64,000 bases of DNA, from the NCBI GenBank assembly GCA_050633305.1, contig JBOEGF010000007.1, forward strand, positions 32,001 to 96,000, read 5' to 3'. The translations under genes were made by a program, and so were the position numbers. The notes beneath the pieces were generated by a model. That model searched no databases, was not told where the DNA came from, and was given only the letters and a program-made list of their open reading frames with translations. The DNA comes from Nannocystales bacterium. GTDB taxonomy: Bacteria; Myxococcota_A; Polyangia; Nannocystales; Nannocystaceae. Of this stretch, positions 20,686-29,771 are shown in pieces. How positions within the stretch are numbered: position 1 is the stretch's first letter; every line of letters starts with the position of its first letter.

Positions 20686-20803
20686 TGTTGCATCGCAGCA
20701 AGCCATTTCCTCGAACTCCGCACATCAGCAGCCGGACCACGAGTTCTTTCGAGATCTGGATGCCCGCTGTGTTGCGCTGCAGCAGGTCTATTGCCGTGCT
20801 GCA
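20686..20803. promoter_or_regulatory. Three TRTTGC-N3-GCWGCA boxes, PhaR-like operator
   Basis: tgttgcatcgcagca 20686-20700, tgttgcgctgcagca 20770-20784, tattgccgtgctgca 20789-20803. Confidence 0.6.
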
Positions 20804-21882
20804 GCGACGAGCAGTCGGTGGAAGTGGTGCACACCGCGCTCGTGCTCGGGGGCGTACCGACCGCTTCCGTAGGCCCGGCTGCGCACACCACGCGCACAGG
20901 CTTCGACCACGGCTTCGTCCTCGTACTCGACCTGGTCGAGTCCCGTGCCGACCCCTGTATCTGAAGCGTCCGGATCCCAGACGTATCGCCGGTACACCAC
21001 CTTGGTTCGGTGCGGGCCTCGAGGAAGCACGACGTTGACGGAGAGTCCCCAGGGGTAGACGTTGAGCATCGTGCCGGGGAACAGCCAGACGTAGTACGCC
21101 GCCACGCGCAGTCCATGGTCGGGGTGAGACTTGGGCAGGTCGAAGCACGGCTCGCCAGGTTGGGCCGAGGCGAGCTGTACAGAACCGTGGGCGAAGAGGT
21201 CGGTGCGGTAGAGCTTCCAATCGAGCGCCGCGTTGAGTCCGGGGTGCACGTAGGGGATGTGAAAGCCCTCGAGGTAGTTGTCGCAGTACAGCGCCCAGTT
21301 GGCGTTCATCTCGTAGTGGGGGCTTCGGGCCGCATCGAGGGTCATGACGTTGGGGACGACCGCTTCGAGGCGGTCGCGAACGGGGCCGAACAAGGTATCG
21401 AAAGAGACGTTCGGGTCCAGGCTGGCGAACAGCAGGCTCCTCCACCGATGGACGGTCGCGGCGCGAAGGCTGTCCGTCGGTTCCGGGAAGCTCGGGCTGT
21501 TCTCGAAGCCGGGGGCTGAGTGCAGCGCGCCGTTGAGCTCGAAGCGGCGTCCATGATAACGACAGCGAATCCCGGTCGCCGTACACGGTCGGTCGACCAT
21601 GACGAACCCCCGGTGCGTGCAGACGTTGGACACGCATCGCAGGGTGTCGCCGTCGTGGGTCAGCAGCAGCGGCTCATCCAGGGTTCCGGGCAAGAGCGTC
21701 CAGGGCACCTGCTCACCCTCCGCGGACGGGACGGTGTCCAGAGGGTACACGTGCCAGGTGCGCGGGAAGACGCGTTGCTGCAGTCGGGCGAACCAGTCTC
21801 CATCACCGTAGACCCAGCCTGGAAGTGTGCGCGCCCGCTCGATCTGGGCGTCGATCTTCAGCGCATCGAGGTCGTGGACCAT
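20788..21882 (-). CDS. Rieske non-heme iron oxygenase alpha subunit (choline monooxygenase-like)
   Basis: CTH...CRYH Rieske ligands; NW..YCDNYLEGFHIPYVH iron centre; EYED. Confidence 0.9.
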   Translation of the reverse strand: MVHDLDALKIDAQIERARTLPGWVYGDGDWFARLQQRVFPRTWHVYPLDTVPSAEGEQVPWTLLPGTLDEPLLLTHDGDTLRCVSNVCTHRGFVMVDRPCTATGIRCRYHGRRFELNGALHSAPGFENSPSFPEPTDSLRAATVHRWRSLLFASLDPNVSFDTLFGPVRDRLEAVVPNVMTLDAARSPHYEMNANWALYCDNYLEGFHIPYVHPGLNAALDWKLYRTDLFAHGSVQLASAQPGEPCFDLPKSHPDHGLRVAAYYVWLFPGTMLNVYPWGLSVNVVLPRGPHRTKVVYRRYVWDPDASDTGVGTGLDQVEYEDEAVVEACARGVRSRAYGSGRYAPEHERGVHHFHRLLVAAARQ

Positions 21883-21996
21883 GGACACGACGTACCACGG
21901 GTCGTCTGGCCGCGACGGCACCAGGCACCAGGGGTGCTGGATGCTGGCCGCCTTCGTCAGCGCGGGACGCTCTCGACGCTGGAGGCGTCGGGCCGT

Positions 21997-24207
21997 TCAG
22001 CGGGTTCGGGTCTCGCCGGGAAGCGGCTGCGAGAGCAGCAACTCCATCACCTCGTCGGACAGCGGCGTCACCGAGCCGCTGAACTTCCCCTCCGGAGGCG
22101 GCAGCAGGCGCAGGGGATAGCGCAGCCGGTAGATTTGACGATCTGCGACGCCCGCCGGCGCGTCCAGCCTCCACGCAGCGTCGGTGAGGCAGGTGTCGAG
22201 CTTGGGGTCTTTGCCGTCGAGCGTGCGCTCGGCAACCCGCGCCATCATGACCTCGCCTTTACCGACTTCGATCTCGAGGACGACGCGTCCGCTGAGCTCT
22301 GGCTCGCGGGTGAGGGCGTCATTGTAACAAGCCCGGGCGCGCGGGAGGACACGGGTGGTCAAGTAGTGTCGGAACACCTTCTGGTCCAGGAAACCGCGTT
22401 TCTTGTTTCGGCCGAATCGCCCCGCTTGAGCGATGCTGGCTCTTGCCTCCCGGTCCCACCGAGCGGTGTACCAAGGAGGTGCTGAGAATCCCTCGCGGAC
22501 CGCTTCGTCCAGCGGGGACCGACTCGTGGCAACGAAGGCATCGGCAGGATGAGGGGTCTGCGTGGGCTTGATCTTTCGGGTGACCTGCTTGGGTCCGAGG
22601 GTGCCGTTGACCCGAATCGACTTGGGGGCTGCGTCGAGGTAACGGCCGCGCAGCATCACGAAGCTTCCGGCTACGAGTCCCTCGGGGACAGGGTCCTCGA
22701 GCGTGACGCCGGGTGGCAGCTCCACGGCCAGGTTCCCCAGGACTCTCGGTGTGTTCAGAAGCTCGCCGGCCTGAGACCCATCAAGCTGAGCGATGCTCTC
22801 CAAGGAAATTCGTGCCCCCATCTTCGCTGCGACGCGCGCGGCGGGGTGTGTGGGGTGGAGGCCCGAGCGCTGCAGCATCGGCTCGTCGACGACGAAGACG
22901 ACCTCCGGTCGGTCCTTCCTGCCACCCAAGGCGACCTCGAACCCACGAGCGACCGCGTCGGGCGAAATGCTCGAGGGGAACATGCCGTCGGTCGCGACGA
23001 CGACGAGCGTTTGCCCCCGGCCTTCTCGGGAGCGGCGCGCGGCCTCGGACATCGCAGCCTCGAGGTCGGTCCCCTGGTCGCGAGGGACCGCAAGGAGGGC
23101 ATCGTGCAGCGCGGTACGGTCCTTGGGGGAGCCGGCACGGGGGAACGAGCTGCGCTCGGGGAACAGGGGGGTGACGGTTCGGTTGAATGCGAGCGCGTCG
23201 AACGTCGTGTTGGCCGGGAGCGTGTCGAGCAAGCCGTTGGCCATGCCCAGGACGTCTCGGTCGTGAGCCTTTGCGGTGCTCTTGGAGCGGTCCACGACGA
23301 AGAGCACATGCTTCGGCTGTGGAGCGGCGTCTTTTCCAAGCCGGAGGTACATCCGGATCGAGCCGTCATCGAATCCTGGTGCGCCAGGCTCGGTCTCGAC
23401 GTTGACCTCGAGCGCATCGGTGGAGCGGAGCTGCGAGGGCCACGACACCGTGACCGTGTCCGCGGCTCGGCTCGAGATCGCCGGTCGGCCCTCGTTGGAC
23501 TCTTCGTCGACGGTGAAGCCTTCTCCGCTCTTCAGGCCGCGGACGAGCACGCGTCGCTCGTCCGCCAACGAGAGTGACCCGACCCCGCGCGCGGGAAGGT
23601 CGAGCTCCCATGCGTCGCCGCGGAGTCGCGGGTAGACGCGGACGGAGATCTCCACTTGGAGGGTTTCGTCGGCTGCGAGGCCGTATGCGACGAGCTCCGC
23701 GCCCGGGTTGTCCCGGCGGTTGCGCGGGCTGATTCGGCGGACAAACACGCTGCCCGGCGCCCGTCGCGAGCGCTCCGCGGCCACGGTTGTGCCTGCGCCG
23801 TCCTGCCAGGCACCATCCTTCATCACCCGGACCCCTTCGACCTCGGAGACGAAGGGCAGCCCGATCGCGTGAACCACATCGCGCATGGACAGGCTGCTGT
23901 TGTGGAGCGCGGTGCGCAGCTTGAGGGTGGCGGAGTAGCCGCTGTCGGCCTCGACAATGGCCTCGAACGACAGCTCTTCCACGGCGACGTACCCACGCTC
24001 GCCCTCCCGCTGCTCTGCGCGCAGTTTGTCGGCGTGTGCTTGGGGCGCCGCGAACAGGGCCCAGACGCCCAGCGTCAATCCTGCCCATGCCCCACCCCGA
24101 CCACCGAACACGGTTTCAAGCGTAGCAGGCTGTTGCCGCTGCAGCTTGCGCTGAGCGGGATCGGGACGGGTTCCAGCACTGCGGCGGCGGTCGCGGGCAA
24201 GCGGCAC
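21997..24207 (-). CDS. VIT-like + vWA + AgmX/PglI (TonB-C-like) domain protein
   Basis: MIDAS DRSKS and TDG; C-terminal ARACYNDALTREPELSGRV. Start uncertain. Confidence 0.75.
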   Translation of the reverse strand: MPLARDRRRSAGTRPDPAQRKLQRQQPATLETVFGGRGGAWAGLTLGVWALFAAPQAHADKLRAEQREGERGYVAVEELSFEAIVEADSGYSATLKLRTALHNSSLSMRDVVHAIGLPFVSEVEGVRVMKDGAWQDGAGTTVAAERSRRAPGSVFVRRISPRNRRDNPGAELVAYGLAADETLQVEISVRVYPRLRGDAWELDLPARGVGSLSLADERRVLVRGLKSGEGFTVDEESNEGRPAISSRAADTVTVSWPSQLRSTDALEVNVETEPGAPGFDDGSIRMYLRLGKDAAPQPKHVLFVVDRSKSTAKAHDRDVLGMANGLLDTLPANTTFDALAFNRTVTPLFPERSSFPRAGSPKDRTALHDALLAVPRDQGTDLEAAMSEAARRSREGRGQTLVVVATDGMFPSSISPDAVARGFEVALGGRKDRPEVVFVVDEPMLQRSGLHPTHPAARVAAKMGARISLESIAQLDGSQAGELLNTPRVLGNLAVELPPGVTLEDPVPEGLVAGSFVMLRGRYLDAAPKSIRVNGTLGPKQVTRKIKPTQTPHPADAFVATSRSPLDEAVREGFSAPPWYTARWDREARASIAQAGRFGRNKKRGFLDQKVFRHYLTTRVLPRARACYNDALTREPELSGRVVLEIEVGKGEVMMARVAERTLDGKDPKLDTCLTDAAWRLDAPAGVADRQIYRLRYPLRLLPPPEGKFSGSVTPLSDEVMELLLSQPLPGETRTR

Positions 24208-24280
24208 GATCGTTGGACGGCTGCGTCCCGAAAAAGTTCCCACCCTGGCGTCGGACACGCCTCGGTGGCGGATCGACGGC

Positions 24281-25144
24281 TCAGCCCGCGGCCCCGGAAG
24301 GCTTGGTGCAAACCACGGTTTGTGACTCGCTCGCGGCATCGAGCGCGCGGCCCCGGAAGTCACCTTCGTGGCGCGTCACCTCAAAGCCCGCGACGCCGGC
24401 CAGGGCGCGAATCTCCTCGGGGTAGATCTGTCGGTGCGCGAGACGGACGAGGCGCTTGGGCTTGGGCGGCGGCTGGAAACGCCGGCCTTTGGGTGGCGGC
24501 TCGTCGTAGTACAGGCAGATATGACAGATCTGCGTCGCGTGGTCGTACCGATGGTTGGTCGAGTAGATCTCGACCTCGCCGGTCTCTGGGTGCGTGAACC
24601 GGGTTGCCGCGTGACGTTCGTCGGGGTCCCACAACAGCCACTCGATGTCCGGAAGTTGAACATCGAACGCGAACTTGCCGCTTGGAGCGAGCACGCGGAA
24701 CGCCTCCTCGAAACACGTCAAGAGGTCTCGCCACGTGTACAGGTGCATCAGCGCGTTGAAGGGCGCGATGACGAGTTCGACCGAACTGTCCTGTAAGGGC
24801 AGGTCGCGCATGTCAGCCTCGTGGACCGAGACGCGGTCCGCCAGGTCTGCTTCGTCCATCCGAGCCCGGAGCCCCTGAAGCATCGAGGGCATGAGGTCCA
24901 CCGCTTCGAGCTGGTGACCGTCGCGCGCCAGCGGGCATGTAATGCGCCCCGTCCCCGCGCCGAGCTCCGCGATGTGCCCTCCCTCGCCGAGATGCTCCCG
25001 TGCGAGCTTGCGATACCAACGGATGTCGTCGGTTCGTTCGCCGTACTCGAAGTCGTACAGCGCCGCGTCGATGTAGTGGTCCGTCGTGCCGCGCTTCAGC
25101 AGCCGCTCGAGGGCTGCCTGGCGTTTTTCGGCCCGGGTCGTCAT
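24281..25144 (-). CDS. Class I SAM-dependent methyltransferase
   Basis: ELGAGTGR, VDL..SML, ADMRD, PFNALMH. Confidence 0.9.
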   Translation of the reverse strand: MTTRAEKRQAALERLLKRGTTDHYIDAALYDFEYGERTDDIRWYRKLAREHLGEGGHIAELGAGTGRITCPLARDGHQLEAVDLMPSMLQGLRARMDEADLADRVSVHEADMRDLPLQDSSVELVIAPFNALMHLYTWRDLLTCFEEAFRVLAPSGKFAFDVQLPDIEWLLWDPDERHAATRFTHPETGEVEIYSTNHRYDHATQICHICLYYDEPPPKGRRFQPPPKPKRLVRLAHRQIYPEEIRALAGVAGFEVTRHEGDFRGRALDAASESQTVVCTKPSGAAG

Positions 25145-26496
25145 CCGTCGCTGGGCCGTGGGCGTCGGCCGTCTCCGCCGCCTCGTGGCTTTCGACGCTT
25201 GCGTCCGCCCCGTCGACGTCGACGTCGGTTGTTGTGCTCCGGCTCGGCACCGGCCTCAGGCTGCGCGGCGGCCATGCGTTTCCATCGCCCTAGCTCGCTC
25301 TTGCCGTCGCCGGTGGCCTGCACCGAGATGCCCAGGAAGATGAGCGCGTCGTGGAAGTAGTCTCGATCGGTGAGATCGGAGCGGCGCTTGCCGCTGGTCA
25401 CGAGCATGCGACGCGTCGCCATCAGAATCTGCCGCGCCATCTCGCGGTCGCGTCGAGCGATCCCCAGGGCGCTTCCGGCAGGTGCCATCAGCTGCTCGAT
25501 CCGGCGATCGAGTTGCTGCCGCGATTGAATCTCTTCGTCGGCGACAAGCAGAGGCGCGAACAACACGGCGAGCAACACCCCGTTGACCGGAACATGACCG
25601 GTGCCGCGGATGGTCATGTCGAGCGCGTCGAGGTAACGCCACAGCAGGCGCGCGGGCGTGGCCTGTTCGCCGGGCGGAAGGTCGTCTTCCGCTTCGATCA
25701 TCGCGTCATGCAGGGAGGTTCGGGCTTCGTGCATCGACGGGCCGAACAGCTTCACGTACGAGGGCAGGATGCCCTTGAGCAGCTTGGTCTCGAGCAGAAG
25801 CTCGAAGCTTCGGCGGGACGAGCCGCCGCGCAGGAGTTTGTAGACCTCCTCGAGCAGTCGAGCGCGCGAGCACTTCTCGATGTCGGGTGCGACGTCGAGG
25901 AGCGACTTCCAGGTCTCGAGTTCGAAGTCGAAGTCGAGACGAGCGGCGAACTTCACCGCGCGAATCATGCGGACCGGGTCTTCGCGGAAGCGAACCTCGG
26001 GTGTTCCGATGGTGCGGATGAGACCTTCGTCCAGGTCTCGCATGCCGTCCACGAAGTCGACGACGTTGCGGGCGTCCACGTCGAAGAACAACCCGTTGAC
26101 CGTGAAGTCGCGGCGCATCGCGTCGTCTTCGACGCTGCCCCACTCGTTGTCGGTGCGGATGAGTAGATCCTCGCCTTCGGCAGCTTCTCGTGGCGCGCTT
26201 CGGAAGGTGCTCGTCTCGATGATCTTCGGACCGAAGAACACGTGCGCGAGCTTGAAGCGTCGGCCGATGATTCGGCTGTTGCGGAAGAGTCGCCGGATCG
26301 ACTCGGGCGTAGCGCTGGTGGCCACGTCGAAGTCCTTCGGTTGTCGACCTAGGTAGATGTCTCGAACGCAGCCACCGACGAGGTAGGCTTCGTGGCCGGC
26401 GCCGAGCAGTCGACGTACGACTTTGAGCGCATCCGTATCGACTCGGCGCAGGAACCCATCGAAACCTTTTCTGGCCGCTGCCTGGCTGTCGGGCAT
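25141..26496 (-). CDS. pcnB: Poly(A) polymerase I
   Basis: VGGCVRD, DFD, PAP-specific IIGRRFKLAHV, RRDFTVN, EDPVRMIRAVKF; Arg-rich tail. Confidence 0.92.
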   Translation of the reverse strand: MPDSQAAARKGFDGFLRRVDTDALKVVRRLLGAGHEAYLVGGCVRDIYLGRQPKDFDVATSATPESIRRLFRNSRIIGRRFKLAHVFFGPKIIETSTFRSAPREAAEGEDLLIRTDNEWGSVEDDAMRRDFTVNGLFFDVDARNVVDFVDGMRDLDEGLIRTIGTPEVRFREDPVRMIRAVKFAARLDFDFELETWKSLLDVAPDIEKCSRARLLEEVYKLLRGGSSRRSFELLLETKLLKGILPSYVKLFGPSMHEARTSLHDAMIEAEDDLPPGEQATPARLLWRYLDALDMTIRGTGHVPVNGVLLAVLFAPLLVADEEIQSRQQLDRRIEQLMAPAGSALGIARRDREMARQILMATRRMLVTSGKRRSDLTDRDYFHDALIFLGISVQATGDGKSELGRWKRMAAAQPEAGAEPEHNNRRRRRRGGRKRRKPRGGGDGRRPRPSDG

Positions 26497-26582
26497 ATCG
26501 CGAGGTCCGTCTACCACAAGCGGGGGACTCGTTGAAAGACGCGTGATTTCAGGAACCTATCCTTTCGGGCTTCGGATCGGGT

Positions 26583-26631
26583 TTGCGCCGACGTTTTGAG
26601 ATGCTATTTCAATGTTCAGTGCACTGAACAT
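26583..26631 (+). promoter_or_regulatory. Putative sigma70 promoter (TTGCGC-N16-TATTTC, extended TG) followed by a perfect 20-bp palindrome
   Basis: ATGTTCAGTGCACTGAACAT at 26612-26631 in an AT-rich patch. Confidence 0.55.
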
Positions 26632-27532
26632 GGGTGGAGCATCTAACCAGGGCCTCGTGCCCCTCGCGCTGTGTGTCGTTCGCGGGTTCGCAACCTGCGA
26701 CGCCGAAGGCGTCGTGTTGGGCGTTCGGTCCTCAAGTCCTCGTTATTCGGGGTCTTTTTCTCCAGTGGGCACCGGATCCGCTCGGGTCGAAGAAGGCTCT
26801 GCAGCCCGTGGGCTCGCGGCGCTGCTTGGCGCGCGAGAGGCCGATGGCCATCGAGATGTCGCGGTCGTTCTCGAGCTGCATGGGGCGGGAGATCTTCATT
26901 GGGTCGCCGAGGCGATCTCCTGGTTGGCGCGTCATGGGCGAAAAACGGTCGTGCGGACCGACCGTGCGCTGCCGCGAGACGCCGTCGAGGCTGCTCGTGA
27001 TGCGCGGGCGGTTGTGCAGCTTCGGGTCGCGAGCTTCGACCCTCGAATTCAGGCTGCGTTGCTCGGTCGTGACGCCGACACCGCGGCACGTCTACTCCTC
27101 GGGGCTCAGCACCTCCGCGCACAGTCGGTTCGCGTCGGCGTGTTGCTCGCCCCGCTGATGCCTGTGGTCCATCGCGACGAAGTTCTCGAGTCGCTGACCC
27201 GCAACATCTGTGCGGCCGACGTCGGCGAGTTGTCGTTGGCGGTGGGTGGCTGGTCCGCGGCTCGTCACCAAGCGCTCGCGCCATGGCTCCCCACCGGAGG
27301 GGCCACTGCACTGGCCCGCGCGTACGGTGTGTTCGAGCCCGAGGCGGCGGTGGGACGGATTCGTCTGGGCCTACGCGAAGCCACGCTTCTGCAACGCCAA
27401 GCCCGGCGTATCGCGGAACACGCCGGGCTTTCGGTGGGGGGATGCGGCTGCGATGCGCAGTGCGATCTGGCGTCCGAGCCGCACGAACCGTTTCGCTCGT
27501 TGCTCGCGCCCGAGTTGTTCGCCGCAGTCTGA
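26630..27532 (+). CDS. Degenerate SPL/Rv2578c-like radical-SAM-fold protein lacking CxxxCxxC
   Basis: VASFDPRIQAALLG..TAARLL..VRVGVLLAPLMP resembles the SPL-like C-terminal core. Start could be 26612, 26630 or 26657. Confidence 0.6.
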   Translation: MGGASNQGLVPLALCVVRGFATCDAEGVVLGVRSSSPRYSGSFSPVGTGSARVEEGSAARGLAALLGAREADGHRDVAVVLELHGAGDLHWVAEAISWLARHGRKTVVRTDRALPRDAVEAARDARAVVQLRVASFDPRIQAALLGRDADTAARLLLGAQHLRAQSVRVGVLLAPLMPVVHRDEVLESLTRNICAADVGELSLAVGGWSAARHQALAPWLPTGGATALARAYGVFEPEAAVGRIRLGLREATLLQRQARRIAEHAGLSVGGCGCDAQCDLASEPHEPFRSLLAPELFAAV

Positions 27533-27656
27533 CTCGCCCGCAACGCTTGCCAGCGTGTTCGGCAGCCAGCCCCGGGCCGGTCGGCTTGGGCCGACGCGGG
27601 TAACCGAACTGGGTGACCGAGCTGAGGGACGGCCGAGGACAGGTCGGCCGCCGAGT

Positions 27657-27788
27657 TCAGGTCGCGCCGTCGGTCTCGTCGTCGCGATCGAGTTCGTTGG
27701 TCGTGTCGATGCAGGCCATGCCGCCGACTGCGATGGCCATACCGAACAGGACAAACAGGGCAAGGTACTTGCGAGTAATGCGGTTCAT
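27657..27788 (-). CDS. Micro-lipoprotein (43 aa)
   Basis: Not in ORF track. MNRITRKYLALFVLFGMAIAVGGMA-CIDTTNELDRDDETDGAT*; basic N-region, hydrophobic H-region, lipobox; starts 15 nt after the upstream stop. Confidence 0.65.
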   Translation of the reverse strand: MNRITRKYLALFVLFGMAIAVGGMACIDTTNELDRDDETDGAT

Positions 27789-27803
27789 GGGCTTGGGGAG
27801 AAG

Positions 27804-29705
27804 CTAGGGTTGGTCTGATTGAAGCCTGCGGGCAGCGTCGATGCGACGCTGAAGTGCTTGAACTCTGCCCGTGGGTGCCTCGTCGAGCGCGGCGGTCGCC
27901 GCATTCCACTGCTGTGAGGCCGCGGCAGTGTGGCCGAGATCGAGCTGGAGTTCTACCCCAGCCATCACTACGTCCCAACGTTCCGGATGCAGATCGCTTG
28001 CACGTGCGTAATCGCTGGCCGCCCCCTGGGGCTCGCCGAGTCGGTGGCGCAGCCGCCCGGACACGGCGAAAACCTCGGCGACATAGGGGGCCTCGCGTCT
28101 TGCGCGCTCCAACCCCTCAAATGCGCGCCGAACCCGCTGTTCGTAGGGGACCCCTGGGAGGTCGAGTGCGGTCGATGCCAGGGCAAGACGGGCGCGTTCG
28201 GGGCGGGTCGACATCCGCTTCAGCGCGCGCTCGAACGAGGCATGGGAGCGGGGCCAGTCTCGCTCGGCGGCGGCGAGCCTGGCCTCGCATAGGTGAGGGA
28301 GGGGACTCTTCGGATCGTAGTGGAGGGCCAGCGCGCAGTGTGTGCGAGCCCGCACGAGCAGGAGCGGACGGTCGAGGGGATCGGGCTGGTCCCGGAGGGT
28401 CGCCACCAACAGCTCGCCGACGATGGCGTGTCCCCGGGCGGAGTGGGGAGCTCGGCGGAGTGCGATCTGCCAAAGACGGCTGTCGGAGCGATACGCCGCG
28501 GTCACGCCCTGCGCGACCGAGCCTTGCAGCACCACCATCGCGATCCACGGGGCCAAAGGATGAAGACCCCACCGACGCTTCAGCCACGCCCCGGTGCGCA
28601 GCAGCGCGACAGCCATGCCCACACAGACTGGAACGCTGGTGAGGTAGACGAACCGGTCCGCCCGCATGTTGGGCATGGGTGCGAGGTTGCTGGTGGGTGC
28701 GGCCAGGATGAAGGCGGCGATGATGACCCAGGCGAGCAGCGGCGCGCGGCGGCCTCGGGCTGCGGCCAAAGCGAGGAGCGTGAGACCTGAGAACGCCAGC
28801 AGCGCGAGGACGGTTGCGGGCTCGCCCCATGCTGCGCCGTAGTCGACGTACTCCGGGCTCAGAGCCCTGGGCAACCACAGCTGCTGCAGGTAGCCCAGGT
28901 GAATCTGAGCGCTGGCAGCCAACACCGGGCCGAGCCCGACCCGATGTGCAAACACGCGTTCGCTCGCACCATAGGGGTCCAAGCCGTCGAGAATGATAGC
29001 TCGGAAGGCCACGACGGCGGCCACGCCCGCCAACAACGTCGCGGCCGGGAACAGCAACCGTCGCGTCGGAACGGGTGTGGCCCAAGGGGACAGGACCTTC
29101 ATCGCGACCCAGACCAAAGGGAGTCCTGCGACACTGAGCTTGGCGCCGCTCGCCAACGCCATCAGGACACCTGCGCCGCCGAGGTGAAGCCAACTCTTGG
29201 AGCGAAGAGATGCGCTCACAAGCACCGCCGCGCCCAAGCCCAAGGCGGCCGCGAGCAAGTCTTCGCGATACGAGACGACCGCGACGGCCTCTCCGTGAAT
29301 CGCCAGGACGCCGAAGAGCGTGGTTGCCGTGATCACCACGCGTCGCGGTGCACCTTCGCGGGCGAGCCACAAACCAACGAGGCCGGTCACGAGCACGTGC
29401 AGTAGGACCGACGTGATGTGGTGCGCGACCGGGGAGAGTCCGAACAGCGCGTACGTGAGCGCGTCGAAAACGACGAGGGTCGGGCGGAATGCATCGGGCA
29501 CGCCGGCCGCGGCTGCCTCGCGTCCGAGCAGCATCGGAAGGTTGCTCAGGTCCCTCAGGAACCCATTCCCCAGGAGCGTCCAGTGATCGTCGTAGACGAA
29601 GCCGAACGTCAGCGTGGAGCCGAAGACGAACGCGGTCAGCAGCAACACGCCGCCGTACAGCCATCGTTGGGGGACCCCGTCCCAGGGCTCCGCACGCTCA
29701 CCCAC
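27804..29705 (-). CDS. TMTC-like GT-C membrane glycosyltransferase with C-terminal TPRs
   Basis: GFVYDD, FRP, HGEAVAVVSYR, ADRFVY, LW motifs; many TM helices then TPR-like helices. Confidence 0.8.
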   Translation of the reverse strand: MGERAEPWDGVPQRWLYGGVLLLTAFVFGSTLTFGFVYDDHWTLLGNGFLRDLSNLPMLLGREAAAAGVPDAFRPTLVVFDALTYALFGLSPVAHHITSVLLHVLVTGLVGLWLAREGAPRRVVITATTLFGVLAIHGEAVAVVSYREDLLAAALGLGAAVLVSASLRSKSWLHLGGAGVLMALASGAKLSVAGLPLVWVAMKVLSPWATPVPTRRLLFPAATLLAGVAAVVAFRAIILDGLDPYGASERVFAHRVGLGPVLAASAQIHLGYLQQLWLPRALSPEYVDYGAAWGEPATVLALLAFSGLTLLALAAARGRRAPLLAWVIIAAFILAAPTSNLAPMPNMRADRFVYLTSVPVCVGMAVALLRTGAWLKRRWGLHPLAPWIAMVVLQGSVAQGVTAAYRSDSRLWQIALRRAPHSARGHAIVGELLVATLRDQPDPLDRPLLLVRARTHCALALHYDPKSPLPHLCEARLAAAERDWPRSHASFERALKRMSTRPERARLALASTALDLPGVPYEQRVRRAFEGLERARREAPYVAEVFAVSGRLRHRLGEPQGAASDYARASDLHPERWDVVMAGVELQLDLGHTAAASQQWNAATAALDEAPTGRVQALQRRIDAARRLQSDQP

Positions 29706-29719
29706 GGTCGCGGACTGTA

Positions 29720-29744
29720 GCAGCCTGTGCAGCAGCCTGTGCAG
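29720..29744. repeat. 12-bp tandem duplication GCAGCCTGTGCA x2 in the promoter region
   Basis: gcagcctgtgca gcagcctgtgca g. Confidence 0.6.
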
Positions 29745-29771
29745 TAGGGGCGGGGGAGCCCGGACCCGCGC

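Noticed and set aside
27597..27650. 13-bp imperfect tandem (GGGTRACCGARCT x2) and GC stems
   Set aside because: Only two copies between convergent genes; compatible with chance or terminator-like structure.
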